Positions 34,301 to 43,303 of a stretch of 64,000 nucleotides of DNA are shown here, one piece after another. This DNA is from Chthoniobacterales bacterium (GTDB taxonomy: Bacteria > Verrucomicrobiota > Verrucomicrobiia > Chthoniobacterales > JACTMZ01), in assembly GCA_018402585.1 (NCBI GenBank), contig JAGYIO010000003.1, forward strand, positions 140,386 through 204,385, given 5' to 3'. Under the pieces are notes generated by a model that saw only the letters and a program-made list of their open reading frames with translations, did not search any database and was not told the DNA's origin. Numbering within the stretch: the first letter of the stretch is position 1; each line of letters begins with the position of its first letter. The position numbers and the translations under genes were made by a program.

Positions 34301-36850
34301 CCTGCCCAGCAAACCGACGCGCGCACCGTCTGGTCCGACAAGCAGGACATCCAAGTCACCCGGATAGGTGTGCGACAGACCGACGAGAGTCACCGCGACT
34401 TTGCTGACCACCCCGGACCGGCCTGCGACATTGATGATCGACGGATAAGGCGTCGACGCACCGCTGTCCGGTATGGTCATGCTCGCCGGATTGGACGCTT
34501 GGGCGGATTCCGTGGCCGCGATGCCGAGCACGAACTCGAAAGCCACCGTGCCGAGACTGGTCGCGCCGTCCTGCAGAGCCAGCACAGCGCTGACCGTTGC
34601 CCCGCACTCACCTTCGGTAACGAATTCGAAACTCCGCGCCACCGCCGCACCACCCGCCGGCAGCACGCCGTAGGATTGCGGACCGCTCGTCAACGCGGTT
34701 ACGCCGTTGCCATCGAGCAAGGTGGCGGTCAGATTGGTCGTGCTAGCCGTGCCGTTGTTCTTCAAGGCCAGGGCCATGGTGACAATCTCACCCGGATCCG
34801 GCACTCCATTGCCCGCACCGCAACTCTCGGCCACCAACGTGCCACCGTCCGCAACGACCACCGGCACCGAGGCGGTCGCCCCGCCGGTGACCACTAAGGA
34901 GTAGGCCTGCGCCGAGGTGGTCAACGAGCCATCCAAAGATACGGTCACCGTGTAGGAACCGGCCTGCACCGGCGACGCCAGCAGCACCTGCTCGGTGTTA
35001 TCAACGTTGTTTTTGCCGCGCGTGGCCGCCAGCGCCATAGAGGCGTCCGACCACGTGCCGACAAAGGGCATAACAAAAGGTTGGTAAACCGTCGTGCCGT
35101 CCGGCGCAGTGATCTTGAGATCGAGATTGTGGACCAGATTCGGCACGCGGCTGTTGTCGGCCTGCGCCGTGCCGGCGGGATCGGTCCAACTCAGCGTGGC
35201 ACGAATCGGACTGACCCCATCCCACTGGAAGACGTGGGATCGCGAGCGCACGGACGAAGTGAGGGTGTTTTCGATCAGCTTCGGGGTGCCGGGAAATTGC
35301 TTCTGCGACAGGATAACATCGGCCGCTGCCTTCACGTTGATCAGGCCCCAGCCGAATTTGTAATCCGGTCCCGGCGTGCCGAGGTCGTCGGCCGTGTGGA
35401 TGAGCAAGGCTTTGAGTAGACTGGCTGGCAGACGCCGGCCGCCGAACTCGCGCGCGTAAAGCTGGGACAACAGGGCGGCCGAGCCGGCAGCGGATGGCGT
35501 GGACATGCTCGTGCCGCCGTAGGACGAGTAAGCCGAGTCGCTCGTGTCGATCGGCGAATAGACGGTCACGCCATTGGCCACCACATCGGGCTTGATCCGG
35601 CCGTCGTCGCACGGGCCCCAACTCGAGAAGGTCGACATCGTGCCGGCCGCCGGTGAGCGCGCACCGCCGCTGACCGCATCGTTGACCGCGCCGACTGTCA
35701 TAATATTTTTGGCCAAGCCGTTGAAGGTGATCGACTGGTAGCCGTTCTTGGCCGTCAACTCATCCTGCTCGTTGCCCGCCGCCCAGAAGATCAGGAAATA
35801 AGGCATACTCACGGCGAGCGTGTCCGTCGTGCGCGACTCCGCATTGTAGCGGCCCATGTCCGAGATCGTCGCGTTGTAGCCGTAGGAGTGGTTGGAAATA
35901 GGAATTTTCGACGAGTCACCGGTAGCGGTAGCCGCTCCGGAGGAGGTCATTTCCGCGTAGTCGCTGTTCCAATCCCACGAATCGATCGCCACGTTCGGCG
36001 CCATGCCCTTGGCCAGATTGGTGAAGCCGAGTGCACCGACCGTGCCGGCCACGTGGGTGGCGTGATCGTCGAGGGCTACGTTGTTGCGCTTGATGACCCG
36101 CGTGGTGTTGAACTCGCGGTGGGTGTTGCGCACCGCGCCGGCATCCCACACCCCGACCTTCACTCCCGTGCCGTCGAGATTGTAGGGCGCCGGATAAAGC
36201 AGATTGGCCGCGCTGGAGATGGCCGCGTTGCGATTCTGGGTCACCCGATAAAGCGGCTCGGTGCCCCGGATGTCGTGCAAGATAGCCACCCGTTGGCCCG
36301 GACCCTCGACCCGCACCGGAATATCAAGTTCTTGCGCCTTGGCCAACACGGCCTCGTAGCGCACTTCCTCGGCCTCCGCCATTTCCCCCACGGCCAGCGC
36401 CCGCTGGGCCGGATCCGCCAAATCCTTGCCAGCCAAAATTTCCGCCGGCGTGCGGTAAACCGTGAATCCGTCCGGCCAAGCCGGCCCACGCACCGGATCC
36501 GGCACCACCCCCTCGCCCGCGGAGGCCGCCGCACTGACCACGCGGGCTTGCTTGGGCTCCGATCGCTGGACAGGCGAAGCTGGCGGAGAGGTCTGCGCCG
36601 GGGCATTGGTTGCCGCGGGCATCGCTGGGGCCGTGCTGCTCTGGTCAACGGCGGCGGCCATCGCGGGAGACGATGATACCATATCGGCAAGGGCCAAGTC
36701 CGGAGCCGACGGCGCAGAAAGCGGAGCGTCATTGCCGACTTCATCGACCAGGGGGACCGGCAGAAAACCCGGGCCAAAGAAAACTCCTACCCCGAGCAAC
36801 GCGGCCCCCAGAATGATGGTGGCCAGAAACAGGCGTGGACGGGTGTTCAT
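31232..36850 (-). CDS. Giant secreted subtilisin-like (S8) serine protease with P-domain, IPT/TIG, lamin-tail (LTD), Ig-like and C-terminal DPDG...FLRLEV modules
   Basis: The catalytic triad contexts are VGVWDAG, DDHATHVAGTV and GGTSMSTPSAAGSAALL. SHTYPGDLDVLLVGPDG marks a proprotein-convertase P-domain. LISQIYGAGGNNGAVYNADYVELHN marks an LTD. PVIDSAS...FNYQITASNNP...GLPSGL is a putative Ig domain. The tail is ADPDGNGLVNLAEYFFG. Confidence 0.9.
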   Translation of the reverse strand: MNTRPRLFLATIILGAALLGVGVFFGPGFLPVPLVDEVGNDAPLSAPSAPDLALADMVSSSPAMAAAVDQSSTAPAMPAATNAPAQTSPPASPVQRSEPKQARVVSAAASAGEGVVPDPVRGPAWPDGFTVYRTPAEILAGKDLADPAQRALAVGEMAEAEEVRYEAVLAKAQELDIPVRVEGPGQRVAILHDIRGTEPLYRVTQNRNAAISSAANLLYPAPYNLDGTGVKVGVWDAGAVRNTHREFNTTRVIKRNNVALDDHATHVAGTVGALGFTNLAKGMAPNVAIDSWDWNSDYAEMTSSGAATATGDSSKIPISNHSYGYNATISDMGRYNAESRTTDTLAVSMPYFLIFWAAGNEQDELTAKNGYQSITFNGLAKNIMTVGAVNDAVSGGARSPAAGTMSTFSSWGPCDDGRIKPDVVANGVTVYSPIDTSDSAYSSYGGTSMSTPSAAGSAALLSQLYAREFGGRRLPASLLKALLIHTADDLGTPGPDYKFGWGLINVKAAADVILSQKQFPGTPKLIENTLTSSVRSRSHVFQWDGVSPIRATLSWTDPAGTAQADNSRVPNLVHNLDLKITAPDGTTVYQPFVMPFVGTWSDASMALAATRGKNNVDNTEQVLLASPVQAGSYTVTVSLDGSLTTSAQAYSLVVTGGATASVPVVVADGGTLVAESCGAGNGVPDPGEIVTMALALKNNGTASTTNLTATLLDGNGVTALTSGPQSYGVLPAGGAAVARSFEFVTEGECGATVSAVLALQDGATSLGTVAFEFVLGIAATESAQASNPASMTIPDSGASTPYPSIINVAGRSGVVSKVAVTLVGLSHTYPGDLDVLLVGPDGARVGLLGRVGGGTDAVNATITFDDEATASVGSSITSGIFRPTGVSSSLPSPAPAVPYGAALSPFNGGSANGNWALYVVDRAAQDAGSISGGWRLDITTVQSSCCGDGGQPPVVTLNTPTGGTVVASGQPLTLSATATASGELEDGSPRVIDRVEFLVDGQIVAAGSVSPYTATWTPPAAGTYALAARAWDNGNLSTTTVPSTVAVLVGNGAPSIAAFSPASGAAGESVTITGVNFANVSAVRFNGVNATAYTLDSATQITAVAPAGTTSGPLSVVTPLGVATSSTSFTIVESPVLISQIYGAGGNNGAVYNADYVELHNRSGSAVNLAGWSLQYSSASGTSWSTKVDLVGTIAPGGYFLVRLSGGSTGAALPTPDLTGAIRMSATQGKVALRNTTALFMGSSPVGQSGLQDFVGFGAANAYEGSAAAPSPSATTAIFRAGGGAMDTGDNGADFSAGPPAPRNSASSAATPVIDSASTAVAVVGQSFNYQITASNNPNTFAATGLPSGLNIVPATGLISGVPAQTGGFAVTLTASNAAGSGQAVLNLTINASGGTSYLVDFEDGSKAGYAAGTDMLNGLTWSMTEVLIGTEQTEFKNGLRSARLRGYGTSEMVMLNDKLGGIGTISFQHRRYGSDTQIPWIVEYSTNAGGVWTEAGRFTAGAEVATFSAAVNISGPARVRIRAGSSGSSNRRANIDNLLITDAAAGPAPEIALSGQPSVQIATYGLPSLTQTSFLVAGSDLQESITITPPTGFELSLSEDGTTGYAPTAALGGAGELAPTVVFIRLAAGMPVGFYSGDITCTTAGAAPAVMAMPESEVRPRGLNITALDQSKPFGESLPLGPGQTAFSASGLADGETIGSVTLAANGGTAANDAAGVYTLTPSAAAGGAFNPANYSIFYFPGTLTVQGVSFGDWSAGLSDASPGADPDGNGLVNLAEYFFGLQPGGNAAGAMVIGAPTATSFHLDYRRSKSLNGVSGRVVWKNDLNTSNWSADGVTDELVSDHGDYEIRRATAPVLPGERQKFLRLEVGEN

Positions 36851-36942
36851 GCAGGCCCGGCCGTTGATGCCAAGCTGGGTAAATCAACACCCGAAGGGCA
36901 GAATCCGCAACCAGTATTTTGCCTCGAAAAGGACTCGGGGGC

Positions 36943-38523
36943 TCAGTCGATCAACTCGTAGGCCGGCAGGGTCAAAAATTCCTCGAATTCGTCGCTCTTC
37001 GACATCTTGGTGAAGAGGTCCGCGGCTTCGCGGTAATGACCGCCGGCAAAACGCTCGTTCCCGACTTCCTCTTCGATTTTGGCCATCACTTGCGGCAGAA
37101 GTTCATCATAAACCGCCGGAGTGACCACGCGACCGTTATCGAGCTTCGCCCCGTAGCGCATCCACTGCCATAATTGCGTGCGCGAAATCTCCGCCGTGGC
37201 CGCATCTTCCATCAGGTTGTAGAGGGGCACGCAGCCGTTGCCGCCCAACCACGCCGCCAAGTATTGGATGCCGACACTCATATTGCCGCGCAACCCCGTC
37301 TCGGTGATCGTTCCTTCCGGCACCGCGACCAGTTGGCCCGCGGTGACCTTGACCTCGTCGCGCTGACGATAAATCTGGTTCGGGGCCGGCATGTGCCGGT
37401 CGAAGGCCTGCAGCGCGACCGGCACGAGGCCCGGGTGCGCCACCCAGGTGCCATCGTGGCCATCGGAGGCTTCGCGCTCCTTGTCGGCCAGCACCTTGGC
37501 CATCGCCGCCTCATTGGCCGCCGGATCGTTCTTGATCGGAATCTGTGCGGCCATTCCGCCCATGGCGTGTGCCCCGCGACGGTGGCAGTTCTTGATCACT
37601 TCGAGAGAATAGGCCCGCATGAACGGCACGGTCATGGTGATCTGCGCGCGCTCGGGCATGACAAATCCCGGGCGGTTGCGGAACTTTTTGATGAAGCTGA
37701 AAATATAGTCCCACCGGCCGCAGTTGAGTCCCGCCGAGTGGTCCTTCAACTCATAAAGAATTTCATCCGTCTCGAATGCCGCCAAAATTGTCTCGATCAG
37801 CACGGTAGCCTTGATCGTCCCGCGGGGTATCCCGAGCGCATCCTGCGCGTGCTCGAACACCCGGTTCCACAACCGCGCCTCGAGGTGGCTTTCCATTTTC
37901 GGGAGGTAGAAATACGGACCCGTCCCGTGCCCGAGCGCCGCTTGGGCATTGTGAAAGAAATGCAGACCGAAATCGAAGAGGCCGCCGCTCATACGCTCGC
38001 CGTCGACCAGGAAATGCTTCTCGTCGAGATGCCAGCCGCGCGGACGCACCATGAGCGTGGCCGTCTTGTCCTTGAGCCGGTAGCTCTTGCCCCCGCCCTC
38101 AAAGGTGATCGTGCGGCGCACCGCATCCTGCATGTTGACCTGACCGGCCATGAGGTTGGCCCAGATTGGCGCAGTCGCGTCCTCGAAATCCGCCATGAAA
38201 ACCTTGGCGCCGGAATTGAGCGCATTGATCACCATCTTGCGGTCGACCGGACCGGTGATTTCCGTCCGCCGGTCCTGCAAGTCCTCCGGCAGGGGCGCCA
38301 CCTTCCACGAATGATCCGACCGGACGTGCGCCGTCTCGCTCAGAAAATCCGGCATCTCACCACCATCGATCCGCTTTTGCCGCTCGACCCGCGCGGCGAG
38401 CAGACGCTGGCGCTCGCCATTGAATTCACGGTGCAGTCCCGCGAGGAATTCGACCGCTTCCGGTGTGAGCACACGTTCCTGCCCGGGTTGCGGTTGACCT
38501 CTGACTTCGATGACTTTGCTCAT
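36943..38523 (-). CDS. aceB: Malate synthase A
   Basis: The 526-aa ORF has [29 protein letters not shown], and [12 protein letters not shown] and the rest are collinear with malate synthase A. Confidence 0.93.
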   Translation of the reverse strand: MSKVIEVRGQPQPGQERVLTPEAVEFLAGLHREFNGERQRLLAARVERQKRIDGGEMPDFLSETAHVRSDHSWKVAPLPEDLQDRRTEITGPVDRKMVINALNSGAKVFMADFEDATAPIWANLMAGQVNMQDAVRRTITFEGGGKSYRLKDKTATLMVRPRGWHLDEKHFLVDGERMSGGLFDFGLHFFHNAQAALGHGTGPYFYLPKMESHLEARLWNRVFEHAQDALGIPRGTIKATVLIETILAAFETDEILYELKDHSAGLNCGRWDYIFSFIKKFRNRPGFVMPERAQITMTVPFMRAYSLEVIKNCHRRGAHAMGGMAAQIPIKNDPAANEAAMAKVLADKEREASDGHDGTWVAHPGLVPVALQAFDRHMPAPNQIYRQRDEVKVTAGQLVAVPEGTITETGLRGNMSVGIQYLAAWLGGNGCVPLYNLMEDAATAEISRTQLWQWMRYGAKLDNGRVVTPAVYDELLPQVMAKIEEEVGNERFAGGHYREAADLFTKMSKSDEFEEFLTLPAYELID

Positions 38524-38619
38524 GCTGAATTATTTAAGCGCAGAGAGCGCCGCGGACACAGAGAAATCCGGAAAGTTTCTTACCGTCTGTGCTCTCTGCG
38601 TCCTTTGCGGTTTTCTTGA

Positions 38620-39879
38620 TTACAACGGTTCATGAGAGAGCCGCGCCAGCGTCCCGGCCAGCACGCGCGCGCCGGCCGCGATGTGCGCCGGATCGCTGTG
38701 CTCTTCCGGCCGGTGGCTGTAGCCATTCCGGCACGGAATAAAAATCATCGTCGTCGGACACACCCGCGCCATGAACAACGAATCGTGATAAGCGCGGCTG
38801 ACCATCCGTTTGGTGGCCAAGTCGAGTTGGAGCGCGACATTCTCGGTGATGGTAATGGTACGAGGATCGCCGTCGGCCGGCGGATCGCAATTGATTTCCT
38901 CCCACTTGATTTCAACCCCGCGGCGCGCCGCAATTTCCACGGAGGCTTCACGCATGAGCATCAAGGCGCGCTCTCTTGTTTCCAAGCAGGTGTCGCGCAA
39001 GTCGATCTCCAGCATCGCATCGCACGGAACGCTGTTGATCGCGTTGGGGAAAATTTCCCATTTGCCCGTAGTCGCCACGGTGTCCGGACTGCCCGAGGCC
39101 AGTGCGGCCTTCTCGACGGCCAGGGCTAACTCCGCGGCGGCGAGCGACGCGTCCTGCCGTCCGGGCATGAGCAGGGCTCCGGCGTGTCCGCCCTCTCCGG
39201 CGATCTTCACCCGGTAGGCGCTCGGACCGGCGATGGCCTGCACGATACCGATGGGAATGTTCTCCTTTTCCAACAGCGGCCCCTGCTCGATGTGCAGCTC
39301 GACAAAGGCCGAGTAAAAATTCTCCGGCAACGCCACCGTCTCCAGCGGCTCGGTCAAATCGGCACGGCGGCGCAGGTCCTCGAGCGATTGTCCCTCCGGA
39401 TCCCGCAAGGCGCGTGCTTCGTCCAAGGACAACGCCCCGGCCAGCATCCGCGAGCCGAGGCAACCGATGCCGAAGCGCGTCGGTTCTTCGGCCGTGAAGA
39501 CGACAACTTCGATCGAGCGCCTCGGCTTGAAGCCCGCCTTCTGCAGCGCTTCGATCGCGCTGATTCCGCCCAGCACCCCGACCACGCCGTCGAATTTTCC
39601 CGCATTGGGGATGGCGTCGATGTGCGATCCCGTCGCCACGGCGGGAGCCTCCGGCGCGCTGCCCACCCAGCGGGCGAACATATTGCCGACCGCATCGACC
39701 CGCAGGGAAAGACCGGCCCTCTGACACAATCCCGCCACATAATCGCGCCCGCGCAAATCGGCATCCGAAAAAAGCACGCGGGTCACCGCCGGCGGCTCCG
39801 CCTCAGTGATCAAAGACAACTCGTCAATCCGCTTCTGCAAAAGCGCGCCGTCGATTTCCGGAAGCCCCGCCGACATCAC
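38620..39879 (-). CDS. allC: M20-family Zn-dependent amidase, probable allantoate amidohydrolase
   Basis: It belongs to the hydantoinase/carbamoylase-type amidase family (GSHIDAIPNAGKFDGVVGV, EEPTRFG, IAGEGGHAG). The assignment to allantoate is inferred from the 4-nt overlap with the ureidoglycine aminohydrolase gene. Confidence 0.75.
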   Translation of the reverse strand: MMSAGLPEIDGALLQKRIDELSLITEAEPPAVTRVLFSDADLRGRDYVAGLCQRAGLSLRVDAVGNMFARWVGSAPEAPAVATGSHIDAIPNAGKFDGVVGVLGGISAIEALQKAGFKPRRSIEVVVFTAEEPTRFGIGCLGSRMLAGALSLDEARALRDPEGQSLEDLRRRADLTEPLETVALPENFYSAFVELHIEQGPLLEKENIPIGIVQAIAGPSAYRVKIAGEGGHAGALLMPGRQDASLAAAELALAVEKAALASGSPDTVATTGKWEIFPNAINSVPCDAMLEIDLRDTCLETRERALMLMREASVEIAARRGVEIKWEEINCDPPADGDPRTITITENVALQLDLATKRMVSRAYHDSLFMARVCPTTMIFIPCRNGYSHRPEEHSDPAHIAAGARVLAGTLARLSHEPL

Positions 39880-40613
39880 CCCAAGCGCGGTGCGCGGTTC
39901 ACGTCCTTGTAGTAAATGTAGCGCGCCCGCGTTTTACCCATGGCAACAAACCACTGCGGACAATACGGCGCCAACCACAGCGCGTCGCCCTTCGCCACCG
40001 GATGCCAGTCCTCGCCGAGTTTGTAAACTCCGGCTCCCTCGAGGATGAACATGCCGTGCTCCATGATGTGACACTCGACGAAGGGAAGCGTCCCACCCGG
40101 ATCATAGGTAAATAGATTCACCGCCAGATCGAACTCCGGCCGGTCCGGCAGCAAGGCTTGCAACTGCGCCGCCGGATCGCCGAGGAATGGCTCGGACTTC
40201 ACCTGCTTCTCGTCCCCGAAAATCACCTCCGGCGCCGCCGCGCCGGGCAGCACTTCGTATTTCTTGGCAAAAAGCAAAACCCGCGCCCCGGCCTTGCTCG
40301 TCAGCTCGACAGTCCCGCCCGCCGGGATGTAAGCAAAGCCCCCGGCCTTCAACTCGTGGCCGTTCACCGCGCACGCCCCCTCGACCACATAATAGAAATG
40401 CTCGTCGTCCTGCGTGTGACCCGCCCCGCGCCCGCCGGGCTCCATGACATAAAGCGTCTGAGTCAACCGCGCCCCCAGTCCCGCGGACACCAGAACGTAA
40501 GCCGCGGTCTGCGTCCAGGCAGGCTCCACGCTGGGGACATGGCTGTCCGGCGCGATGAGCGCGTAAAGCGGGCGCACCACCGTGCGCGACGTGCCGAGAG
40601 GAGTGGGTATCAT
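39876..40613 (-). CDS. allE: (S)-ureidoglycine aminohydrolase (bicupin)
   Basis: ECHIMEHGMFILEGAGVYKLGEDWHPVAKGDALWLAPYCPQWF...YIYYKDVNR matches the AllE/YlbA C-terminal cupin pattern. ATG 40613 is preferred. The track start at 40658 would add 15 aa. Confidence 0.8.
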   Translation of the reverse strand: MIPTPLGTSRTVVRPLYALIAPDSHVPSVEPAWTQTAAYVLVSAGLGARLTQTLYVMEPGGRGAGHTQDDEHFYYVVEGACAVNGHELKAGGFAYIPAGGTVELTSKAGARVLLFAKKYEVLPGAAAPEVIFGDEKQVKSEPFLGDPAAQLQALLPDRPEFDLAVNLFTYDPGGTLPFVECHIMEHGMFILEGAGVYKLGEDWHPVAKGDALWLAPYCPQWFVAMGKTRARYIYYKDVNRAPRLG

Positions 40614-40665
40614 GGAGCTGTAAAAACTGCCTCCTCGCCCTGTCTCTGACGAGCACAAAGCTGCA

Positions 40666-41445
40666 TCAACCCAGCATCCGCCGGAACTCCTTCGGCTTGG
40701 GCCCGAGCAAGACCGGAGCCAAGCGCAAGGCCCCGCGCCGCAAGGCTTCTTTGCTCCGCGGCAAATCCGGCGGAACCTTGCACACCCGCTGTTTTTTCAG
40801 CCATGCCTCGGCCATGCACACGTCTTGGATGTCGCCCAGCGTCTCACCGAGCCGATCCACCCGCCGCGTGAAACGCACCAGCCTGGCCCGGCCGCCGAGA
40901 TACTCGCATTGGTAAAGCAACCGTTTCACCCTCCGCCGCCAATTGTGAAACAACTCATCCGGCGCATTGCGGCGTTGGGCTTCTTGCCAAGCTCCCCGCG
41001 CTGCTCGGTAAGTGCCGACCGCACGGTCCGCGATGTCCCCCCACTCGATCGCGCCCCAGTCTGGATAGTCCGCGAGCAAACCATCGGCAAAATCCACCAG
41101 ATGCCTCGCCCTGCTCAGATCCGGGGGCCTCGCCACGCGCAAATGATGCGCCTCCCCCGGCGCATACTTGTCAGCCAAACCCTGCACGATCGTCGCATCA
41201 CGCGTCTCGGCAAAAAGATCCTTCAGGTCCCCGCACGGAGGCAAAAACATCTCCCGCCATGCCGCCCCGCGCGGAACCAGACGACTGAGCGACTGCAGAC
41301 GCTTGACGCGGGTGCGGAGAAAATGCGCCTGCTCCGCCGGATCGTCCGGAAACTTTCCCAGCGCCCCACCCGCCTCGCGCAGCAACTTCCGCAACGCCGC
41401 CCGCAAAGCCGGGCCCGGGGCCAACTTGCGGGGGGCAGAAAGCAT
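40666..41445 (-). CDS. CHAD domain-containing protein
   Basis: It has repeated H-x2-R-x3-KR-L motifs (AHFLRTRVKRLQSL, FHNWRRRVKRLLYQCEYL) plus LGETLGDIQDV. An in-frame stop at 41470-41472 prevents any upstream extension. Confidence 0.75.
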   Translation of the reverse strand: MLSAPRKLAPGPALRAALRKLLREAGGALGKFPDDPAEQAHFLRTRVKRLQSLSRLVPRGAAWREMFLPPCGDLKDLFAETRDATIVQGLADKYAPGEAHHLRVARPPDLSRARHLVDFADGLLADYPDWGAIEWGDIADRAVGTYRAARGAWQEAQRRNAPDELFHNWRRRVKRLLYQCEYLGGRARLVRFTRRVDRLGETLGDIQDVCMAEAWLKKQRVCKVPPDLPRSKEALRRGALRLAPVLLGPKPKEFRRMLG

Positions 41446-41774
41446 GATGGGAAGTCTCGCCCCCGCCGCTCAGGCCAGCAAGCGAATGCAGGGGACAGCT
41501 CAAACTCTTCCCACACCGCCTGCACCGCCAGGGGAAACTCCCGACCAACGTCAGCACTCCCCGCATGCTGCGGGAGCAGATTCTCCAGTCGGCACCACTG
41601 CCCCCGCCGCGGGTCGACCAAGACCAGATCGGCATCCAGGGCCGTGGCAATAGACTCTTTCTCAGCCAAGACCCCAAAACGCGCCACCGCTTGCCGCGGC
41701 GTCAGGCGGGCGATTTCACGGGCTGAAAGTCCGACCGACCGCCAGACCGGCAAAAACTGCTCCGCCCTCCTCAT
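41223..41774 (-). CDS. Hypothetical protein with an unreliable 3' end
   Basis: The N-terminal ~105 aa look protein-like (MRRAEQFLPVWRSVGLSAREIARLTPRQAV...). The last 223 nt overlap the CHAD gene in another frame and translate as R/C/S-rich junk. The start forms an ATGA overlap with the upstream ORF. Confidence 0.3.
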   Translation of the reverse strand: MRRAEQFLPVWRSVGLSAREIARLTPRQAVARFGVLAEKESIATALDADLVLVDPRRGQWCRLENLLPQHAGSADVGREFPLAVQAVWEEFELSPAFACWPERRGRDFPSCFLPPASWPRARLCGRRCGSCCARRVGRWESFRTIRRSRRIFSAPASSVCSRSVVWFRAGRHGGRCFCLRAGT

Positions 41775-42208
41775 CCCGCCCCAACATCGAAAAAATCCCC
41801 GCCTCTCCGCTGCCCCGGCGGACCAGATTCATGGTCCGTGCCGAGCGTGTCGACGGACTCGACCCGCACCCACCGCACCATTTCCACCCAGGTCGCCTCG
41901 CCGCGCAACGGCGGCGCACACTCGGCCGTTGCCCGGATGCGCACCGCGTCATTTCGGTTGAAGACCACATAACGCGGGCAGATTTCCGCCGAGACATCGG
42001 CCCCACCTTCGCTCAAACCGGCAATTTCACTCCACTCTTCGGCACGGTTCACAGGCACCACCTGCAGACGACACCGGGTCTCGCCCGCCAACCCGCAGCG
42101 CCGCATGATTTCAGGAGCGGAAAAGGAACCCGCAAACGGCGCGGAGGGCCCGGAGAAATTTTTCTGAAGCACCAACTTTATGGTCTTAGCCGTAACCAGG
42201 CAAAACAT
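41771..42208 (-). CDS. Hypothetical protein with an uncertain start
   Basis: It is a 145-aa ORF. The first 8 codons lie inside the MITE-like element (42185-42411). Alternative starts are GTG 42172, TTG 42175 and ATG 42106. No family was recognised. Confidence 0.4.
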   Translation of the reverse strand: MFCLVTAKTIKLVLQKNFSGPSAPFAGSFSAPEIMRRCGLAGETRCRLQVVPVNRAEEWSEIAGLSEGGADVSAEICPRYVVFNRNDAVRIRATAECAPPLRGEATWVEMVRWVRVESVDTLGTDHESGPPGQRRGGDFFDVGAG

Positions 42209-42411
42209 TCTGCCATTTCTGGCACGGCCACAGAGTCGCGTCTGGGCGAGAGTTGACTAACTATTTGGTGAGCGAGGTGGCACGTCGCCAAGGGGGCACG
42301 GGCGTCCCGCCCGTCACGACCCGACAACACGGCCGGGACGGCCGTGCCCCCTGGACAAACCGAACCAAGCCGCGCTTTTATTGCGTCTTCAATTGCATGG
42401 TTACGGCTTAG
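42185..42411 (+). mobile_element. 227-bp MITE-like element, copy 3
   Basis: The TIRs are CCGTAACCAGGCA (42190-42202) and TGCATGGTTACGG (42394-42406). CTTAG lies on both flanks. A hand alignment finds 8 mismatches against copy 1. Confidence 0.6.
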
Positions 42412-42485
42412 CGGTGGGGACAGCTTGGTCCAGCCGTCCCGACCAATCCTTTTCGCCAATATTCCCGCTCTTAAACCTCAGCGAC

Positions 42486-42812
42486 TCAGCTCCCCCGGTA
42501 AGTCGCATAACTCCAAGGCGTGCAAAGCAGCGGCACATGATACCCCTGCGCCACATCGCTGATCCGGAACCGCACCGGCACCACATCAAGGAATTTGCTC
42601 TCCCCAAAATACGCGCCGAGATGAAAACTCAACTCATACTCCCCTTCGCGCATCTCCTCCGGGCCGAGCATCAACTCGTCCGTGCGCCCGTCGGCATTGG
42701 TCGCCAACGTCTTGACCAGCTCGTGGCCCGGCACCCGCCGCAACTCGATTTTCATTCCGGCAGCCGGACGCCCCCGCATCGTGTCCAGAACGTGTGTGCT
42801 TAGTTTGCCCAT
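42486..42812 (-). CDS. uraH: 5-hydroxyisourate hydrolase (transthyretin-like)
   Basis: It is 108 aa, begins MGKLSTHVLDTMRGRPAAGM, and ends with the family signature YRGS. Confidence 0.93.
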   Translation of the reverse strand: MGKLSTHVLDTMRGRPAAGMKIELRRVPGHELVKTLATNADGRTDELMLGPEEMREGEYELSFHLGAYFGESKFLDVVPVRFRISDVAQGYHVPLLCTPWSYATYRGS

Positions 42813-43303
42813 AAGATATCATGCAGCCGCAGCGCGGCGATTTTGTGGATCTCGGCCAACGCGGCTTTTTTCTCCGACGCCGCGTCATTCTGCAAGCGCT
42901 GCGGGAAGGCCTCCAGAATTGTCTCCTTTCTGTTCATCCGCGCACAAATGATGAGGGGAAAGCCGAACTTCTCGCGGTAAGCCGCATTGTGACGACGAAA
43001 GGCGTCGACTTCGTCCGCCGAGAGATCGGTCAATCCCGCCGACGCCTGCTCGCCCTGCGACTCGGCCGTGAGCACCGCGCGCCCGACCAGATCGGGGTGC
43101 GCCTCGATCAGTGCGATTTTTTCCTCCTCGGGCGCATGGTTCACTTCCTGCTGCAGCGCATGACGCAAGTGGTCGACGTCCGCGAACGGACGCTTCCCCG
43201 CCGCGCGACGCGCAAAATGCGGCGAGTGTTCATAGACCGGACCAAGGGCCGCCACGAACTCCTCTTCCGTCCCGGCGTTCAGCTTTGCCAGTTTGGGACT
43301 CAT
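42800..43303 (-). CDS. uraD: 2-oxo-4-hydroxy-4-carboxy-5-ureidoimidazoline (OHCU) decarboxylase
   Basis: FVAALGPVYEHSPHFA and IEAHPDLVGRA...SQGEQASAGL are typical of the family. It overlaps uraH by 13 nt. Confidence 0.88.
   Translation of the reverse strand: MSPKLAKLNAGTEEEFVAALGPVYEHSPHFARRAAGKRPFADVDHLRHALQQEVNHAPEEEKIALIEAHPDLVGRAVLTAESQGEQASAGLTDLSADEVDAFRRHNAAYREKFGFPLIICARMNRKETILEAFPQRLQNDAASEKKAALAEIHKIAALRLHDILWAN

Noticed and set aside
38538-38601. 10-bp inverted repeat (CGCAGAGAGC / GCTCTCTGCG) between allC and aceB, as a possible terminator or attenuator
   Set aside because: The 42-nt loop is large, and on the transcribed minus strand there is no following U-run. Its function cannot be decided from the sequence.
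41198-41677. 159-aa minus-strand ORF in the third frame across the CHAD upstream region
   Set aside because: The translation is W/R/G/S/C-rich junk. It overlaps two better candidates.
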